64,000 nucleotides of DNA from Gammaproteobacteria bacterium (GTDB lineage Bacteria; Pseudomonadota; Gammaproteobacteria; Arenicellales; CAJQKF01), in NCBI GenBank assembly GCA_030429665.1, contig JAUIEZ010000008.1:498-64497 (forward strand), read 5' to 3'. Shown piece by piece: positions 25,363 through 34,593 of this stretch. The notes beneath the pieces were generated by a model. It had not been told where the DNA came from, did not search any database, and saw only the letters and a program-made list of their open reading frames with translations. Position 1 is the first letter of the stretch. Each line of letters begins with the position of its first letter. A program made the translations under genes and the position numbers.

Positions 25363-28017
25363 CTAGAAAGTCCCGTGCATCTTGCCCTGGCTTGCGTGAA
25401 GGCGTTCTCTCACCGCCTGCGGGTGTAGAAGCATGACAAACGGATCGATGGCGATACCGGCCGTCAGCCTGTTCCTGAGCGTCACCGAATCGATGCAGTG
25501 AATTCGCAGTTCCCCGCCGAGCGACTTTACCCGCAGGGCGTTTCCCAGCAGCGAAAGCGTTTTCTCGATATTCTGTCGCAACAGTGCGCCTTCGCCGTAG
25601 TAGTCGAGGTCGCGGATGAATACCTTTGCCACGGTCGGCCTCCTGCCTTGGCCGAAATCGGCCATCCCCTCGATATCGACGTAAACGTGATAGGGAACGC
25701 CGGCGACGTACTCGGCCCGGTGGGTCTGCGTCATTGCCGTGGTGCCGAGCGCCACGATCAGCGCATTGTTCTTCTCGAACCACTCGGCTGGCGAGTCCTC
25801 GCCGAAGGGAAGTTCGCCGCGCAGGGACAACAGTTCTCGCGCCCGGGGTCCGACGGCTGTCCAGCTGTAGATCGGGTTGGGCGTGCGGATGGAATCAGCG
25901 AATTCCTGCCTCACCCAGTCGCCAAGCAGCCCGGACTCGGACCGTGACGACTCGATGTCGAAGCATCGGCTTTCGCAGAATGATGTATAGGTAAATGTCG
26001 GGAACACAAGCGTGATTCCCTTTGACGCGAACTTCGCGATGGTCGTCAACAGCTGTGAGCGAATCTCGTCTTTGGAAAGGCTCCGCGCGACGTCGGTCAA
26101 GGAAGCATGAACAACCATGACCGACGACTCGCCGCGAAACCTGTCGGCCCAGGAAAACGCGTCCGCCAGGTTGCATTGAAGCGGTGCCGGGGCGTTGCCG
26201 ATGTTCGGTTTCGTACGCGAAATCTTTCGCGCGAGTTCGCGGATCGTCCCCGACCGCAACACCAAATCCGATTCGTCGAAACCGACACGATATCCCGCCT
26301 GCTCCAGTTCGCTCGACAGTCTGAAGATGTCGAGGCTGTCGAGCCCCAGCTGATCGATGCGGTTGTCAGCGTTTACCAGGACACCGAAGGACGTTTGCAA
26401 TATGCCGACGACGGCCGTTTGCTCGTCCGTTGTTTCCGATGACCCGCGCGCGGCGTCGCGAAAGTCCCGCAGGTCCGGAGGTTGAAGCCGCGAATAGTCG
26501 ATCTTGCCGTTTTTCGTCGTCGGAAAGCTGTCGAGCGTCCGCAGGATTTGCGGCCGCATGTAGTCGGGCAATTGGCCCAACCATTGGTGTAATGCGCCAA
26601 CATCGGCTGCAAGGGGAGTCACGTAGCCCACGAGGATGGGTTTTTCCTCGCCGTTCGGCAACGTTCTATTCTGTTCGAACACCGCGGCCGCCTCGACTCC
26701 GTTATGCCGTTCAAGGAAGTGCTCGATCTCGGCCGGTTCCACCCGATACCCCTTGATCTTGAGTTGGCGGTCGTTTCGACCGAAGATCTCGATGCTTCCA
26801 TCGTCGGCGACACGTCCGATATCGCCCGTTCGATACACTCGTTCACCCACGGTCTCGGCGAACAGGAACCTGGCGCGCTCCTCGTCCGATGCACCGACGT
26901 ATCCTCTCGCGAGCTGGACGCCCGAGATACACATCTCGCCTTTCTCGCCGGGCGCCACCGCTTTAAGCTCCTGGTCGAGGATATGAATCCGGCAGTTTTT
27001 AGCGGGGTACCCGATCGACATTTCCATCGGGATGTCCGATGTCGGGGTCTTGCCGGACGTTACCGCTACCGTGCATTCCGTCGGACCGTACTGATTGAAC
27101 AGGTCCGCGCGCGGAAACACCCGGTGAAACCGCCGGCGGGTGGGGTCCGGCAGGTGTTCGCCGTTGGAGACGACGCATCGGAGTCGATCCAGTCCCGCGC
27201 CTTCGTCAGTCTCGCACGCCTGAAGAAACGCGTTCAGGAACTGCGGCACGAGCTGGGCGATCGTAACGCCATTCGCCTGCATGAATTCGCGAACGAGCGC
27301 CGGGTGGTTGCGCATTGCCGCGTCGGGTATCGCTGATCGGCCGGCGTATGCCAGGGGCAGCCAGATCTCCCACAGCGATATGTCGAAGGTAGTCGGCGAT
27401 CGCTGCAGAACGGCGTCGTCGGCGGTCAGGTCGAGCGTGTCGTTTTCCCAATCCAGCAGGTTTGCCATCGCGCCGTGAGATACTTCGACGCCCTTCGGCA
27501 TGCCGGTGGTACCGCTGGTGAACAGGATGTAGGCGATATCGTCATTGTTCGCCCGAACGGCTTCGGGGGCCGCGTCGCCGGTGCGGGCCGACCCGCTGTC
27601 GTCATCGCTGGACAGGTCGACCGGATCGAGGGTGAGCGCAACGATCGGCAACGGATGTTCGCGCTCGAAATCGCGGCTACACACGATAACGGTGGCTTCC
27701 ATTGCGTGGATCACGTGGTCGAGGCGTTCGGTGGATATGTCGGGATCGATCGGCGCGAACGCGGCGCCAAGCTTCATGGCGCCATAGCAGGCAACGACGA
27801 ACTCGATTCCCGGTGGTAGCGCGACGATGACCCTGGATTGGTACCCGGCCCCGGTCCGTGACATGCTCGCCGCGAACGCGTTGGCGAGTTTCTCGACGTG
27901 GGCGCGGCTGAATCGTCGTTCGTTGCAAACGATCGCGATCTCGTCGGGGTTCTCGCGCGCGCGCGATTCGATTCGGGCGGGGAGGAGGTCGATTACGCCG
28001 TTTGCATCGGCCGCCAT
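25363..28017 (-). CDS. NRPS-like tridomain protein: adenylation (A) + peptidyl carrier (T/PCP) + C-terminal AAC(3)/Antibiotic_NAT-like acyltransferase domain
   Basis: Start at ATG 28017, with AGGAG 7 nt upstream. A-domain cores: YILFTSGTTGMPKGV (A3), NQYGPTE (A5), YRTGD (A7), GRNDRQLKIKGYRVEPAEIE (A8), PTTKNGKIDY (A10). PCP motif LGLDSLDIF (Ser codon 26335-26337). The last ~260 aa carry AAC(3)-like blocks VMVVHASL, LVFPTFTY, NPIYSWTAVGPRA, FGEDSPAEW and LGTTAMTQTHRAEY (His codon 25720-25722). Confidence 0.85.
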   Translation of the reverse strand: MAADANGVIDLLPARIESRARENPDEIAIVCNERRFSRAHVEKLANAFAASMSRTGAGYQSRVIVALPPGIEFVVACYGAMKLGAAFAPIDPDISTERLDHVIHAMEATVIVCSRDFEREHPLPIVALTLDPVDLSSDDDSGSARTGDAAPEAVRANNDDIAYILFTSGTTGMPKGVEVSHGAMANLLDWENDTLDLTADDAVLQRSPTTFDISLWEIWLPLAYAGRSAIPDAAMRNHPALVREFMQANGVTIAQLVPQFLNAFLQACETDEGAGLDRLRCVVSNGEHLPDPTRRRFHRVFPRADLFNQYGPTECTVAVTSGKTPTSDIPMEMSIGYPAKNCRIHILDQELKAVAPGEKGEMCISGVQLARGYVGASDEERARFLFAETVGERVYRTGDIGRVADDGSIEIFGRNDRQLKIKGYRVEPAEIEHFLERHNGVEAAAVFEQNRTLPNGEEKPILVGYVTPLAADVGALHQWLGQLPDYMRPQILRTLDSFPTTKNGKIDYSRLQPPDLRDFRDAARGSSETTDEQTAVVGILQTSFGVLVNADNRIDQLGLDSLDIFRLSSELEQAGYRVGFDESDLVLRSGTIRELARKISRTKPNIGNAPAPLQCNLADAFSWADRFRGESSVMVVHASLTDVARSLSKDEIRSQLLTTIAKFASKGITLVFPTFTYTSFCESRCFDIESSRSESGLLGDWVRQEFADSIRTPNPIYSWTAVGPRARELLSLRGELPFGEDSPAEWFEKNNALIVALGTTAMTQTHRAEYVAGVPYHVYVDIEGMADFGQGRRPTVAKVFIRDLDYYGEGALLRQNIEKTLSLLGNALRVKSLGGELRIHCIDSVTLRNRLTAGIAIDPFVMLLHPQAVRERLHASQGKMHGTF

Positions 28018-28321
28018 AGTCACACTCCTGTAAGCGCGCAGGCGTCGGTATGACAAGCTCGCCACCGCACGGTTCCCGGAATCCCGGACCGCGATCCCGG
28101 ACATTGGATGTATCCCCTGTTACAGGGCGAAACACCTGCCTTTCGGACCGCACGCACTGTGCCGGGAACCGGGTCGGGATGTCGGCACGTCAACACGTTT
28201 TCCTCCACCCTCGGCTGTCCGGGGCGGTCCGGTCGAGGCCCAGCCAGGGCGACGGCAAGGAAAGCTGCCAAGTCAGGGTAAGTATGGCAAATGTTGCAGT
28301 CAATTCCTGACCAAAAAATTA

Positions 28322-28350
28322 TTGTTGGTTACATGGACAATTTGTACAAT
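28322..28350 (+). promoter_or_regulatory. Putative sigma70 promoter of the TetR-lig transcription unit
   Basis: TTGTTG (28322-28327), 17 nt spacer, TACAAT (28345-28350). This is the most AT-rich patch of the window, 48 nt upstream of the TetR ATG. Confidence 0.55.
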
Positions 28351-28363
28351 CGTACAAATTGTC
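28336..28363. promoter_or_regulatory. Perfect 12-4-12 inverted repeat, putative TetR operator
   Basis: GACAATTTGTAC-aatc-GTACAAATTGTC read directly. The left arm contains the predicted -10 hexamer, and the repeat lies 35 nt upstream of the TetR start. Confidence 0.7.
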
Positions 28364-28397
28364 GAACGCCAGTTTTCAGTACGATTTGGTCTGCGCC

Positions 28398-29048
28398 ATG
28401 ACCAGTAGCCGTCGCGAACGCATCCTCGAGGCCGGCGAGACCTTGATGTCCCAACGCGGTTTTCATGCCGTGAGCATGCGCGAGATCGCCCGGGAGGCAG
28501 GTGCGAACCTGGGAAGCGTGACTTACCATTTCGGCACCAAGGAAAACCTGCTGGCGGAGATTTACGCGCGACACACGGTCCCGATGAATCGGCGGCGAAT
28601 GGAATTGTTGGTCGAGGCGGAGCGTATCTCCGATCGGCGCGAGCGTCTGTCGGCAATCATCCGCGCGTTCGTGGTGCCGGCATTTTCCGCCAGTGCCGAC
28701 AGCGCTGGCGGCGGGGCGCGCTTCACGCGCCTTCGCGCCATTCTCTCCATGGAAGGAAACGAAACGGCCGGCCGTATCATCGCCGACGCGTTCGACGAGA
28801 CGACCCACGCCTTCGTGGAGGCGCTGGGTCGATGCCTGCCCGGCGCGGATGAGGCATTCATCACGTGGCGCCTTCATTTCCTGCTGGGCGCGTTGTACTA
28901 CACGCTGGTCGGCGGAGAGAGAATCAATCGACTCACGGCCGGTCGCTGCGATGGCAATGACCAGCAGGCGGCCATCGAGCAACTGGTCAGCGCCACGGCG
29001 GACTCGCTTGCCTGCGACGGCGCGGCGGGCAACCCGCGCGCCGCGTAA
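28398..29048 (+). CDS. TetR/AcrR family transcriptional regulator
   Basis: Start at MTSSRRERILEAG (ATG 28398). The HTH is GFHAVSMREIAREAGANLGSVTYHFGTKENLL. Confidence 0.9.
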   Translation: MTSSRRERILEAGETLMSQRGFHAVSMREIAREAGANLGSVTYHFGTKENLLAEIYARHTVPMNRRRMELLVEAERISDRRERLSAIIRAFVVPAFSASADSAGGGARFTRLRAILSMEGNETAGRIIADAFDETTHAFVEALGRCLPGADEAFITWRLHFLLGALYYTLVGGERINRLTAGRCDGNDQQAAIEQLVSATADSLACDGAAGNPRAA

Positions 29049-29092
29049 CCGGTGCCGCCTGAACCCATTTCAATCGACGGGAGATATCACCA

Positions 29093-30037
29093 ATGAAGAT
29101 CTGCATGGTCGGCGAAGGCGCATTCGCCAACAAGCATCTGGACGCGCTTGCCAACATCGAGGACGTGGAGGTGGCCGCCATCGTCGGCGGCGTCGCCGAC
29201 GCCACCGAGAAAGTGGCGCAGGAGCGCGGCATTGGTTTCTGGACAACCGACCTCGAGGAGGGGCTTGCCCGCGACGGCGTCGAGGCCGCCATCCTCACCA
29301 CGCCCACACCGATTCACGCCAGCCAGGCGCAGCAGGTCATGCGCCTGGGCAAGCACGTGCTGGTCGAGATACCCATGGCCGACAGCCTTGCCGACGCCGA
29401 AGCGGTGGTCGCCGCGCAGAAGGAAACCGGCGTGGTGGCCATGGTGGGTCACACGCGCCGCTTCAATCCGTCGCACCAGTGGGTGAACAAGCGCCTGCGC
29501 GCGGGCGAACTGCACATACAGCAGATGGACGTGCAAACCTATTTCTTCCGCCGCAAGAATCTCAACGCCCTCGGACAGCCCCGAAGCTGGACCGATCACC
29601 TGTTGTGGCATCACGCCTGTCACACGGTCGACCTGTTTCAGTATCAGGCCGGCGAGGTCGTCTCGGAAGTGTTCGCGTTGCAGGGACCGAAGCATCCCGA
29701 GCTCGGCATCGCGATGGACATGAGCATCGGCATGAAGACGCCCTCGGGAGCGATCTGCACGCTGTCGCTGTCGTTCAACAACGACGGACCGCTGGGTACG
29801 TTCTTTCGATACATCTGCGACAACGGCACCTACATCGCCCGCTACGACGACCTCGTCGACGGCCGCGAGAATCCCATCGACGTGTCGGCGGTGGACGTGT
29901 CGATGAACGGTATCGAGCTGTGCGACCGCGAGTTCGTGGCCGCCATCCGCGAGGGTCGCGAGCCCAACGCCAGCGTGGCCCAGTGCCTGCCGGCCATGCA
30001 GACGCTCGATCGCATCGAAAAGTGCCTCGGGGAATAA
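29093..30037 (+). CDS. ligC: 4-carboxy-2-hydroxymuconate-6-semialdehyde dehydrogenase (Gfo/Idh/MocA family)
   Basis: 314 aa. VGHTRRFNPSHQW ... QQMDVQTYFFRRKN ... RSWTDHLLWHHACHTVDLF ... LSLSFNNDGPLGTFFRYICDNGTY match what I recall of LigC. Context with ligI/K/J/U supports the call. Confidence 0.85.
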   Translation: MKICMVGEGAFANKHLDALANIEDVEVAAIVGGVADATEKVAQERGIGFWTTDLEEGLARDGVEAAILTTPTPIHASQAQQVMRLGKHVLVEIPMADSLADAEAVVAAQKETGVVAMVGHTRRFNPSHQWVNKRLRAGELHIQQMDVQTYFFRRKNLNALGQPRSWTDHLLWHHACHTVDLFQYQAGEVVSEVFALQGPKHPELGIAMDMSIGMKTPSGAICTLSLSFNNDGPLGTFFRYICDNGTYIARYDDLVDGRENPIDVSAVDVSMNGIELCDREFVAAIREGREPNASVAQCLPAMQTLDRIEKCLGE

Positions 30038-30041
30038 TTTC

Positions 30042-30917
30042 ATGGTTACGCCGGACTATCTCGCCTTTCACCCCAATCCGAAGAAGCCGGATCGCGCGCT
30101 GCCGCCGAACGCCTGCGACAGCCATTGCCACGTGTTCGGGCCGGCCGCCAGGTTTCCATTCGCTTCTAGCAGTACGTACGAGCCGGTGGACGCGCCCAGG
30201 GAGAAGCTGTTCGAGCTGCATCGTCACCTGGGCGTGAGCCGGTCGGTTATCGTCCAGGCAAGTTGTCACGGTACGGACAACGCGGCCATGGTCGATGCGC
30301 TCGAGGCGGGCGGCGATAGCTACCGCGGTATCGCCGTGGTAAGCGACGACGTCGATGCCGGCGAACTGGCGCGAATGCACGAGGCGGGGGTGCGCGGCGT
30401 TCGATTCAATTTCGTCAAGCGCCTTGGCGGCGGCAAGCCGCTGGACGTGTACCGCCGGATTCTCGAGAAGATCCGGCCTTTCGGGTGGCACGTGGTGGTG
30501 TACTTCGACGCCGAGGACATCGACTCCCTGGCGCCGTTCCTGCGCGAGATTCCGACCGAGGTGGTAATCGACCACATGGGCCGAGTACCGGTTGAGGAGG
30601 GCACCGCGGGCCATGCTTTCGAGCTGCTGCACGAGCTGCTGGTTGCCGACGACCGTTACTGGGTGAAAATCAGTTGTCCCGAGCGGTTGTCGAAACAAGG
30701 TCCCCCGTATTCCGACGTCGATCCCGTCGCGCGGGCGTTGCTCTCGGCGATACCGGACCGGGTATTGTGGGGTACCGACTGGCCGCATCCCAACATGAAG
30801 TCGCACATGCCGGACGACGGCGAGCTGGTCGACCGTATCATGACCATCTGCGACACTGACGAACTTCGCCGCAAGGTGCTGGTGGACAACCCGGCGCGGC
30901 TCTACGGATTTAATTAA
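30042..30917 (+). CDS. ligI: 2-pyrone-4,6-dicarboxylate lactonase (amidohydrolase_2)
   Basis: 291 aa. [43 protein letters not shown] and [10 protein letters not shown] closely mirror Sphingobium LigI. Confidence 0.9.
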   Translation: MVTPDYLAFHPNPKKPDRALPPNACDSHCHVFGPAARFPFASSSTYEPVDAPREKLFELHRHLGVSRSVIVQASCHGTDNAAMVDALEAGGDSYRGIAVVSDDVDAGELARMHEAGVRGVRFNFVKRLGGGKPLDVYRRILEKIRPFGWHVVVYFDAEDIDSLAPFLREIPTEVVIDHMGRVPVEEGTAGHAFELLHELLVADDRYWVKISCPERLSKQGPPYSDVDPVARALLSAIPDRVLWGTDWPHPNMKSHMPDDGELVDRIMTICDTDELRRKVLVDNPARLYGFN

Positions 30918-30934
30918 ACCCAGGAGGTTTTTCG

Positions 30935-31630
30935 ATGTTCAAACCCGTCGCCGTGCGCCGCATCGAGCGCGCGGACTCCGATGTCATCGACGCCCTCGGC
31001 GAGATGGGCGTGGCCACGGTCCACGAGGCCCAGGGCCGCGTGGGACTACTCAAGCCCTACATGCGCCCCATCTACCCGGGCGCGAAGGTGGCCGGCAGCG
31101 CCGTGACGATCCTCGCCCAGCCCGGCGACAACTGGATGGTGCACGTGGCCATAGAACTTTGCTCGCCGGGCGACGTGCTGGTCGTCGGCTGTACGGCCGA
31201 CAATACCGACGGTATGTTCGGCGACCTTCTTGCCACCTCCTGCCAGGCCCACGGCATCCGGGCGCTCGTCATCGACGCCGGTGTGCGAGACGTCGCCGAC
31301 CTGACGGCGATGAAGTTCCCGGTGTGGTCGCGGGCGATTTCCGCCAAGGGCACCGTGAAGGAAACACTCGGAGCGGTCAACATCCCCGTGGTGTGCGCCG
31401 GACAGCTGGTGAACCCGGGCGACGTGGTGGTGGCCGACGACGACGGCGTGGTGGTGGTCGAGCGCCAGCTCGCGGCCGCCGTGCTGGAAAAGGCCAGGGC
31501 GCGCACCGCCAACGAGGCGAGCAAGCGGGAACGCCTGGCGGCAAAAGAGGCCGGCCTCGACATGTACGACATGCGCGGCAAGCTCGAGAAGGCGGGCCTG
31601 GTCTACGTCGACACCGCCGACGACCTGTAG
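30935..31630 (+). CDS. ligK: 4-carboxy-4-hydroxy-2-oxoadipate aldolase / oxaloacetate decarboxylase (RraA-like)
   Basis: 231 aa. [25 protein letters not shown] and VIDAGVRD are motifs of the LigK/GalC class II aldolase. Confidence 0.9.
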   Translation: MFKPVAVRRIERADSDVIDALGEMGVATVHEAQGRVGLLKPYMRPIYPGAKVAGSAVTILAQPGDNWMVHVAIELCSPGDVLVVGCTADNTDGMFGDLLATSCQAHGIRALVIDAGVRDVADLTAMKFPVWSRAISAKGTVKETLGAVNIPVVCAGQLVNPGDVVVADDDGVVVVERQLAAAVLEKARARTANEASKRERLAAKEAGLDMYDMRGKLEKAGLVYVDTADDL

Positions 31631-31653
31631 AGGAAACGCAAAGGGCAACTGCC

Positions 31654-32682
31654 ATGATCATAGATTGTCACGGTCACTACACGACCGCGCCGAATCAGCT
31701 GGGCGAGTATCGCGAGAAACAGAAAACCGAGCTCGCGAACGATCCCATGTACCGGCACGTCAGGGGCGAGATCGACATCACCGACGACGAGATCCGCGAA
31801 AGCCTGGAAGGCGCGCAGCTCAGGTTGCAGAACGAGCGCGGGACCGACGTCACGCTGTTCTCGCCGCGGGCAAGCTGGATGGGGCATCACATCGGCAACG
31901 AGACCACCAGCCGCTACTGGACCGAGCACTGCAACGAACTGATCTACCGCATCACGCAGCTTTACCCCGGCAACTTCGTTGGCGTGGCGCAGTTGCCCCA
32001 GACGCCGGGCGTCGCCCCCGACAACTGCGTCGCCGAGCTCGAACGCTGCGTGAACGAGTTCGGCTTCGTCGGCTGCAACCTGAATCCCGACCCCTCCGGC
32101 GGGTACTGGACCGACCCGCCGCTCGGCGACAGGTACTGGTATCCCCTGTACGAAAAACTGGTCGAGCTCGACGTGCCGGCCATGATCCACGTCAGCGCCG
32201 CCTGCAACCCGGCCTTCCACACCACCGGTTCGCACTACCTGGGCGCCGACACCACCGCCGTCATGCAGTGCATCACCTCGGACATCTTCAAGGACTTTCC
32301 CACCCTCAAGTTCATCGTGCCCCACGGCGGCGGCGCCGTGCCCTATCACTGGGGACGTTTTCGCGGCCTCGCCGACATGATGGGCAAGCCACCGCTCAAG
32401 GAGTTGATACTCGACAACGTGTTCTTCGACACCTGCGTCTATCACCAGCCGGGCATCGACCTGCTGCTCAAGGTAATCCCGAAGGAGAACATCCTGTTCG
32501 CCTCGGAGATGGTGGGCGCGGTGCGCGGCATCGATCCGCAGACCGGTCACTACTTCGACGACACGCGCCGCTACATCGACAATGCGGACTTGACGGACGA
32601 CGAACGCAAGCTGATCTTCGAGGATAACTCGCGACGCGTCTACAGCCGGTTGTCGAAGCGGCTGGAAGCGGGAAGGGTCTGA
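31654..32682 (+). CDS. ligJ: 4-oxalomesaconate hydratase (amidohydrolase_2)
   Basis: 342 aa from ATG 31654. MIIDCHGHYTTAP ... NLNPDPSGGYW ... MIHVS ... VPHGGGAVPYHWGRFRG, as in LigJ/GalB-type hydratases. Confidence 0.9.
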   Translation: MIIDCHGHYTTAPNQLGEYREKQKTELANDPMYRHVRGEIDITDDEIRESLEGAQLRLQNERGTDVTLFSPRASWMGHHIGNETTSRYWTEHCNELIYRITQLYPGNFVGVAQLPQTPGVAPDNCVAELERCVNEFGFVGCNLNPDPSGGYWTDPPLGDRYWYPLYEKLVELDVPAMIHVSAACNPAFHTTGSHYLGADTTAVMQCITSDIFKDFPTLKFIVPHGGGAVPYHWGRFRGLADMMGKPPLKELILDNVFFDTCVYHQPGIDLLLKVIPKENILFASEMVGAVRGIDPQTGHYFDDTRRYIDNADLTDDERKLIFEDNSRRVYSRLSKRLEAGRV

Positions 32683-32686
32683 CCCA

Positions 32687-33769
32687 ATGGGCGGACTCGT
32701 CGGCATTCCCTGCACCTGGATGCGCGGCGGCACGTCGAAGGGCGCCTATTTTCTCGCCGCCGACCTGCCCGTCGACGTCGCCGAACGCGATGCGCTGTTG
32801 CTGTCGATCATGGGATCGCCCGACCCGCGCCAGATCGACGGCATGGGCGGCGCGGATCCGCTCACCAGCAAGGTGGCGGTGGTGTCGAAGTCGGATCGCG
32901 AGGGTGTCGATATCGACTACCTGTTCCTGCAGGTCTTCGTGGACCGGCCCGTGGTCACGGATTCCCAGAATTGCGGCAACATCCTTTCGGGCGTCGCCCA
33001 GTTCGCCGTGGAACACGGACTGGTCGATGCCCGCGACGGCACCACGGACGTCGGCGTCTACATGGTCAACAGCGACCAGCGGGTCACCGTGACCATCAGC
33101 ACTCCCGGCGGTCGCGTCGCCTACGACGGCGACGCGCGCATCGACGGCGTCCCGGGCACCGCGGCGCCCGTGCTGCAGAACTTCACCGAGGCGGCCGGCG
33201 CCAACTGCGGCGCGCTGCTGCCCACCGGGAACAGCGTGGACGTCATCGACGACGTGGAAGTCACCTGCATCGACAACGGCATGCCGGTGGTGGTGATGCG
33301 TGCCGAAGCCGTCGGCGTCAGCGGCTACGAATCGCGCGAGGAGCTCGACACCGACGAGGCGCTGAAGGCCAGGCTCGAATCCATCCGTATGAAAGCTGGT
33401 CCGATGATGAATCTCGGCGACGTCAGGGAGAAGTCGGTGCCGAAGATGACGCTCGTATCAAAGCCGCGACATGGCGGCGCCATCAACACCCGCACCTTCA
33501 TCCCGCACCGCTGCCACGCCTCCATCGGCGTGCTCGGTGCGGTCAGCGTCGCCACCGCCTGCATGCTGCCCGACTCGCCCGCGGGCAATATGGCGGTGCT
33601 GCCCGGCGGTGGCGAGAAACACGTCAGCGTCGAACATCCCATCGGAGAGACGACGGTGGTGATGGACGTATCTCTCGACGGTGGCGAGCTGGCAGTTCGA
33701 AAAGCAGCCATCCTGCGCACCGCTCGCAAGCTGTTCGAAGGTATCGTTTTCGCCAACCCGCCGCGCTAG
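32687..33769 (+). CDS. ligU: 4-oxalomesaconate tautomerase (PrpF superfamily)
   Basis: 360 aa. IPCTWMRGGTSKGAYF ... GSPD.RQIDGMGGADPLTSKVAVV ... QNCGNI is the PrpF/GalD/LigU signature. Confidence 0.85.
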   Translation: MGGLVGIPCTWMRGGTSKGAYFLAADLPVDVAERDALLLSIMGSPDPRQIDGMGGADPLTSKVAVVSKSDREGVDIDYLFLQVFVDRPVVTDSQNCGNILSGVAQFAVEHGLVDARDGTTDVGVYMVNSDQRVTVTISTPGGRVAYDGDARIDGVPGTAAPVLQNFTEAAGANCGALLPTGNSVDVIDDVEVTCIDNGMPVVVMRAEAVGVSGYESREELDTDEALKARLESIRMKAGPMMNLGDVREKSVPKMTLVSKPRHGGAINTRTFIPHRCHASIGVLGAVSVATACMLPDSPAGNMAVLPGGGEKHVSVEHPIGETTVVMDVSLDGGELAVRKAAILRTARKLFEGIVFANPPR

Positions 33770-33850
33770 GTGGAGTCAATCGCCAGTACCCATCGATCGC
33801 CATCGCCGGGCCGCAAGGAGACAGGACAGGTCGGTCCCGGGGAGTGTGAG

Positions 33851-34593
33851 CTAGTCGTCGGCGTAGCGCGCCACGAGCGCCCGCATGTGCTCGTAGTGCG
33901 ATCCTTCCCAGTAGATCTTTCCGCAGGCCGAGCACCGGTAGAACTCGTCGTAGTACTTTCGCGTCAGCGGCTCCAGTCGATCGAGGATCTCGGACTTGTT
34001 CACCGCCTTGATCTTCCCGTTGCAATCCAGGCAGCGGGCGAACGGGCGGATGCATTCCGACAGGTCGAGCCGGTCGATGACCTCGCGCACCTGCTCGTCG
34101 ACGTCGGTGGCGCGCAGCCAATAGCCGTGGGTCACCACCTTGGGGTACAGCAGCCGCCGGTCGCGGGTGAGGATGATGCGGCCGGTTTCCACCGACAACG
34201 CAACGATCTCCTCGTCGTCGTAGTCGTTGCGGTACAGCGCGTCGAAGCCCAGCATGCGCAGACGCCGCGCGAGCTTGCCGAGGTTGACGTCGAGGATGAA
34301 CGCCGTGTGGCGTAGCGGCGCCTCGCGCAGGCGCACCGCGTTCGACACGTCGATGGACTCGAACACCGGGTACACCGCCACCCGGTCGCCGTCTCGCAGC
34401 CGGTAGTCGAAACCCACCGATTCGCCGTTGACCACGATCAACTCCACCTCGGAGTGGGGCACGCCCAGCGCCTCGATGGGATCCTTGATGCCGGGAGCGT
34501 CGCGGAAACGATACTCGATGTCCTGTCGTCGCTGCGCGGGCGGCAGGAAGTCGTTCAGCTCGGCGTAGAAGCGAAACCTGGCGCTGCGGTCGC

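Noticed and set aside
28018-28104. 29-codon N-terminal extension of the NRPS-like ORF (start at 28104)
   Set aside because: ATG 28017 has a near-perfect AGGAG RBS at 7-nt spacing. The extension (MSGIAVRDSGNRAVASLSYRRLRAYRSVT) has no A-domain homology and contains the TCCGGGA repeats.
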